From the NCBI GenBank assembly GCA_029261355.1, contig JAJDBM010000017.1:17736-81735 (forward strand): a stretch of DNA of 64,000 nt, in the 5' to 3' direction. Origin of the DNA: Nitrospirales bacterium. GTDB lineage: Bacteria > Nitrospirota > Nitrospiria > Nitrospirales > UBA8639. Below are positions 60,554 to 64,000 of this stretch, piece after piece (the first letter of the stretch is position 1; each line of letters begins with the position of its first letter). A model generated the notes under the pieces. The model ran no database searches, was not told where the DNA came from, and saw only the letters and a program-made list of their open reading frames with translations. Position numbers and translations under genes: made by a program.

Positions 60554-61764
60554 TGCAGTGGCTCCGTCGAATCTTAGATCGCTGGCATCCTCTATTCCAA
60601 AAGGGTGGGCAATACGAGAAGTATTTTGTCGTCTATGAAATGATCGACGGGTTCCTTTTCACTCCTTCGACGGTCACGCGGTCTGCACCTCACGTGCGTG
60701 ATGGTGCCGATCTCAAACGTGTCATGATGTATGTGTTTGTGGCGGTGACGCCTTGTATCGCGATGGCCATGTACAACACCGGACATCAGGCCAACCTGGC
60801 TATGGCCCAATTGGGCTTACAGGCCATTGATGGTTGGAGGGGTGCCATACTTGGGGGATTAGGAATTGGGTATGACGCATCAAGCATCGTGGCATGTCTG
60901 TGGCATGGATTCTTGTACTTCTTTCCTTTGTATGTTGTCACCTTACTTGCTGGCGGTCTCTGGGAAGTATTATTTGCAGCCGTTCGTAATCATGAGGTCA
61001 ACGAAGGGTTCCTTGTCACGTCTATTTTATTCGTGTTGACACTCCCTCCCGACATTCCATTATGGCAGGTCGCCATTGGGATCTCATTTGGCGTGGTCCT
61101 CGGCAAAGAGGTATTTGGTGGAACGGGGAAGAATTTCTTGAATCCAGCATTGACTGGACGTGCATTCTTGTTTTTTGCGTTTCCTGCCGAAATGTCTGGA
61201 GATACGGTTTGGACGGCTGTCGATGGGTTCAGTGGAGCGACGGCTCTTGGCGTGGGGGCAATCGGTGGTCTTGCCGCGATGCAAAGTGCAGGATTTACCT
61301 GGTTGGACTCATTCTTAGGCAATGTTCAAGGATCAATGGGTGAGACGTCTGCCATGGCTTGTCTCCTTGGGGCAGTATTTTTAGTTTATACCCGAGTGGC
61401 ATCCTGGCGTATTATGGTTGGTGTTGCTTTGGGCATGATTGGTACCACATTGTTATTTAATATGGCAGGCAGTGACTCGAATCCAATGGTGAGCGTGCCA
61501 TGGTATTGGCATCTCGTTCTTGGTGGTTCAGCCTTTGGGATGGTGTTTATGGCAACCGATCCGGTCTCGGCTTCCATGACGACGGTTGGGCGTTGGATAT
61601 TCGGATTGTTGATAGGGTCGATGACGATCATGATACGTGTCGCCAACCCAGCCTTTCCAGAAGGCATGATGCTCGCTATTCTTTTTGCTAATATTTTTGC
61701 TCCATTAATCGATTACACGGTGATTCAAGCCAATGTCAGAAAACGAGTCCTGCGCAACATCTAA
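60553..61764 (+). CDS. nqrB: Na+-NQR subunit B
   Basis: 403 aa, polytopic. Flavinylation motif [15 protein letters not shown] overlap with nqrA. Confidence 0.9.
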
Positions 61765-62605
61765 CGAGAAGACATCCGTTCAAGGAGAGCAGCCTGTACC
61801 TTCTGCAAGCTGGAATTTCTTGAAAATGTCAAACGATAGTACCGCCAAAACGATCATTGTGGCGCTGCTCTTGTGTTTGGTGTGTTCTGTCATCGTCTCT
61901 ACTGCCGCGGTCGCGTTAAAACCCATTCAGCTCAAGAATAAGAGTCTCGACAAGAAACGTAATATTCTTCAAGTCGCCGGACTGTATCAAGAAGGAAAAA
62001 GTATCGAGAATCTTTTTCAGCAAGTTGAAGCAAAGGTGGTTGATTTAGCTTCTGGAGAATATGCAACGGATTTACAGCCGGGTATGTTTGATCAACGGAA
62101 GGCCGCCAAAGATCCGCAGCAAAACATCGTGATCCCGGTCAATCAGGATATCGCTCACATTAAACAACGGGCGAAACATGCGACCGTGTATCTCGTGAAA
62201 GAACATCAGGCCATCAAGTACTTCATCCTCCCTGTCCATGGATATGGATTGTGGTCCACCTTGTACGGATTTGTGGTTCTTGAAAAGGATGCCAATACTA
62301 TTTATGGGCTTCAATTCTACGAACATGCTGAAACGCCGGGTCTTGGAGGTGAAGTCGATAATCCAAGTTGGCGAGCCAAGTGGCCAGGGAAATTAGTCTA
62401 TGCTTCCTCCGGTATACCCAATATTGAAGTCGTCAGAGGAACAGTTGATCGGAGTCGACCAGAGGCGATTCATCAAGTTGATGGATTAGCTGGTGCGACG
62501 TTGACGAGTCGAGGTGTGTCGGATTTATTGCGATATTGGTTGAGTGATCAGGGTTTTGGTCCGTATCTCAAAATTGCTCGATCACGGTTAGGGGAGTCAC
62601 TATGA
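61733..62605 (+). CDS. nqrC: Na+-NQR subunit C
   Basis: Single TM segment; flavinylation motif [16 protein letters not shown] 61733 overlaps nqrB by 32 nt. An alternative in-frame ATG at 61826 (MSNDSTAKT...) matches usual NqrC N-termini better. Confidence 0.85.
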   Translation: MSENESCATSNEKTSVQGEQPVPSASWNFLKMSNDSTAKTIIVALLLCLVCSVIVSTAAVALKPIQLKNKSLDKKRNILQVAGLYQEGKSIENLFQQVEAKVVDLASGEYATDLQPGMFDQRKAAKDPQQNIVIPVNQDIAHIKQRAKHATVYLVKEHQAIKYFILPVHGYGLWSTLYGFVVLEKDANTIYGLQFYEHAETPGLGGEVDNPSWRAKWPGKLVYASSGIPNIEVVRGTVDRSRPEAIHQVDGLAGATLTSRGVSDLLRYWLSDQGFGPYLKIARSRLGESL

Positions 62606-63264
62606 CACACGATGCACAAAAGGTTGTCACCGATCCGTTATTGGATAACAACCCGATTGCGCTCCAGGTGTTGGGGGTGTGCTCGGCACTCGCGGTTACA
62701 ACATCTTTAGCGACTGCCTTGATTATGTGTCTGGCTCTCACCGCAGTTACGGCATGTTCCAATGCATCGATTAGCTTGATTCGAAATCACATCCCCAGCA
62801 GTATTCGCATTATTGTGCAAATGACCATTATTGCCTCTCTTGTGATTGTTGTCGATCAGTTACTTAAAGCTTACGCGTTTGAAACTAGTAAACAACTTTC
62901 AGTATTTGTCGGGTTGATCATTACGAACTGTATCGTACTGGGTCGTGCTGAAGCCTATGCGATGAAGAATGGTGTGGGACTTAGTTTTCTAGATGGCATC
63001 GGAAATGGGCTGGGTTACAGTGTTATCCTCATCTTTGTTGGGGTGTTTCGTGAATTACTAGGGGCTGGAAAACTATTAGGGTACACGATTTTTCCATTGG
63101 TGTCAGATGGTGGTTGGTTTACACCAATTGGATTAATGCTCCTTCCCCCCAGTGCATTTTTTCTTATTGGGATTTTTATCTGGGGGTTGCGAGCTTGGAA
63201 AACCGAACAAGTTGAGAAGTCTGAGTATCGCATACATCAAGTTCATCGAACCGAGGTGTTGTAG
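62602..63264 (+). CDS. nqrD: Na+-NQR subunit D
   Basis: 220 aa, polytopic, with a conserved Cys in the first TM segment ([10 protein letters not shown]). ATGA overlap with nqrC. Confidence 0.9.
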   Translation: MTHDAQKVVTDPLLDNNPIALQVLGVCSALAVTTSLATALIMCLALTAVTACSNASISLIRNHIPSSIRIIVQMTIIASLVIVVDQLLKAYAFETSKQLSVFVGLIITNCIVLGRAEAYAMKNGVGLSFLDGIGNGLGYSVILIFVGVFRELLGAGKLLGYTIFPLVSDGGWFTPIGLMLLPPSAFFLIGIFIWGLRAWKTEQVEKSEYRIHQVHRTEVL

Positions 63265-63872
63265 TGGAACTCTACGTTAATTTATTGATCAAAGCGGTGT
63301 TTGTGGAAAATTTGGCGTTGGCCTTTTTCCTAGGCATGTGCACATTTTTGGCCGTGTCCAAAAAAATTGAAACCGCATTGGGCTTGGGTATTGCCGTGGT
63401 GGTGGTTCAGGTCATTACTGTGCCGGCAAATAATTTGTTGTATCAATTCTTGTTAAAAGACGGAGCTCTCGCTTGGGCGGGACTCCCTGAGGTTGATCTC
63501 AGCTTTTTAGGATTGATCTGTTATATCGGTGTGATTGCAGCAATGGTCCAAATTCTTGAAATGTTGTTAGATCGGTTTTTCCCAGCACTCTACAATGCTC
63601 TTGGGGTTTTCCTCCCACTCATTACCGTCAACTGCGCCATTCTTGGAGGCACTTTATTTATGGTAGAGCGTGACTATAACTTTATGGAAAGTACGGTCTA
63701 TGGGATTGGGAGTGGTGTCGGATGGGCCTTGGCTATTACGGCATTAGCCGGTGTGCGAGAAAAACTCAAGTACAGTGATGTGCCTGAAGGTTTACAAGGT
63801 CTTGGGATAACCTTTATCACGGCAGGGCTCATGTCGTTAGGGTTTATGGCATTTTCCGGTATCCAGTTGTGA
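63264..63872 (+). CDS. nqrE: Na+-NQR subunit E
   Basis: 202 aa. [34 protein letters not shown] closely resembles Vibrio NqrE. GTG start. Confidence 0.9.
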   Translation: MELYVNLLIKAVFVENLALAFFLGMCTFLAVSKKIETALGLGIAVVVVQVITVPANNLLYQFLLKDGALAWAGLPEVDLSFLGLICYIGVIAAMVQILEMLLDRFFPALYNALGVFLPLITVNCAILGGTLFMVERDYNFMESTVYGIGSGVGWALAITALAGVREKLKYSDVPEGLQGLGITFITAGLMSLGFMAFSGIQL

Positions 63873-63905
63873 CATCATTATGATCTTTTTGACTGAGGCA
63901 CGAGC

Positions 63906-64000
63906 ATGGTAGAAATTATTTTAGGGGTCAGCCTGTTTACGATTATCGTGACGTCATTGGTGTTTTTAATTATTGCCGCAAAATCTCAACTTGTGCCTTC
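63906..64000 (+). CDS. nqrF: Na+-NQR subunit F, N-terminal fragment (runs off the right edge)
   Basis: Hand translation gives MVEIILGVSLFTIIVTSLVFLIIAAKSQLVP, which resembles the NqrF TM anchor ending ..AKSKLVP. Confidence 0.75.
   Translation, partial: MVEIILGVSLFTIIVTSLVFLIIAAKSQLVP

Overview
This 64-kb window is mostly conserved housekeeping genes from a diderm bacterium (LolCDE, Lnt and a PEP-CTERM protein are present). A Nitrospirota-like lineage is only a guess from gene content, and I did not compute GC. Genes sit in long co-directional blocks, many with overlapping stop and start codons. The blocks are: lnt-prfB-lysS-lolC/E-lolD on the minus strand (12.0-18.3 kb); a plus-strand supra-operon hemX/ccsA-like-hemA-hemC-cobA/hemD-CBS-hemB-ribF-tilS-hpt-ftsH-folP-glmM-comEC (25.4-41.7 kb); clpC-tsaD-hflX-nth-yicC-gmk-rpoZ-coaBC (49.5-58.8 kb); and a Na+-NQR operon nqrABCDE plus the start of nqrF (59.2-64.0 kb). 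There is one tRNA-Leu(CAA). I saw no rRNA, CRISPR array, intact IS or transposase, reverse transcriptase, or recognisable defence or toxin-antitoxin system. I cannot point to a clear-cut novel system. The less ordinary parts are the best candidates, and all need database and neighbourhood searches that I cannot run. (1) A decayed mobile-element scar lies right after xerD: a relic copy of a recombinase 3' end plus a Fic pseudogene, followed by orphan genes (2.0-6.4 kb). (2) A tightly coupled four-gene operon encodes an HDAC-family deacetylase, a membrane-anchored pentaheme cytochrome c, a tandem rhodanese and an SmbP-like His-rich periplasmic protein (6.5-10.1 kb). (3) A 1231-aa fusion joins a thioredoxin/YyaL-type protein to an aldo-keto reductase, downstream of a monoheme cytochrome c (42.0-46.3 kb). 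(4) A strongly signalled monocistronic cassette encodes an unknown secreted Gly-rich protein next to the tRNA (23.1-24.1 kb).
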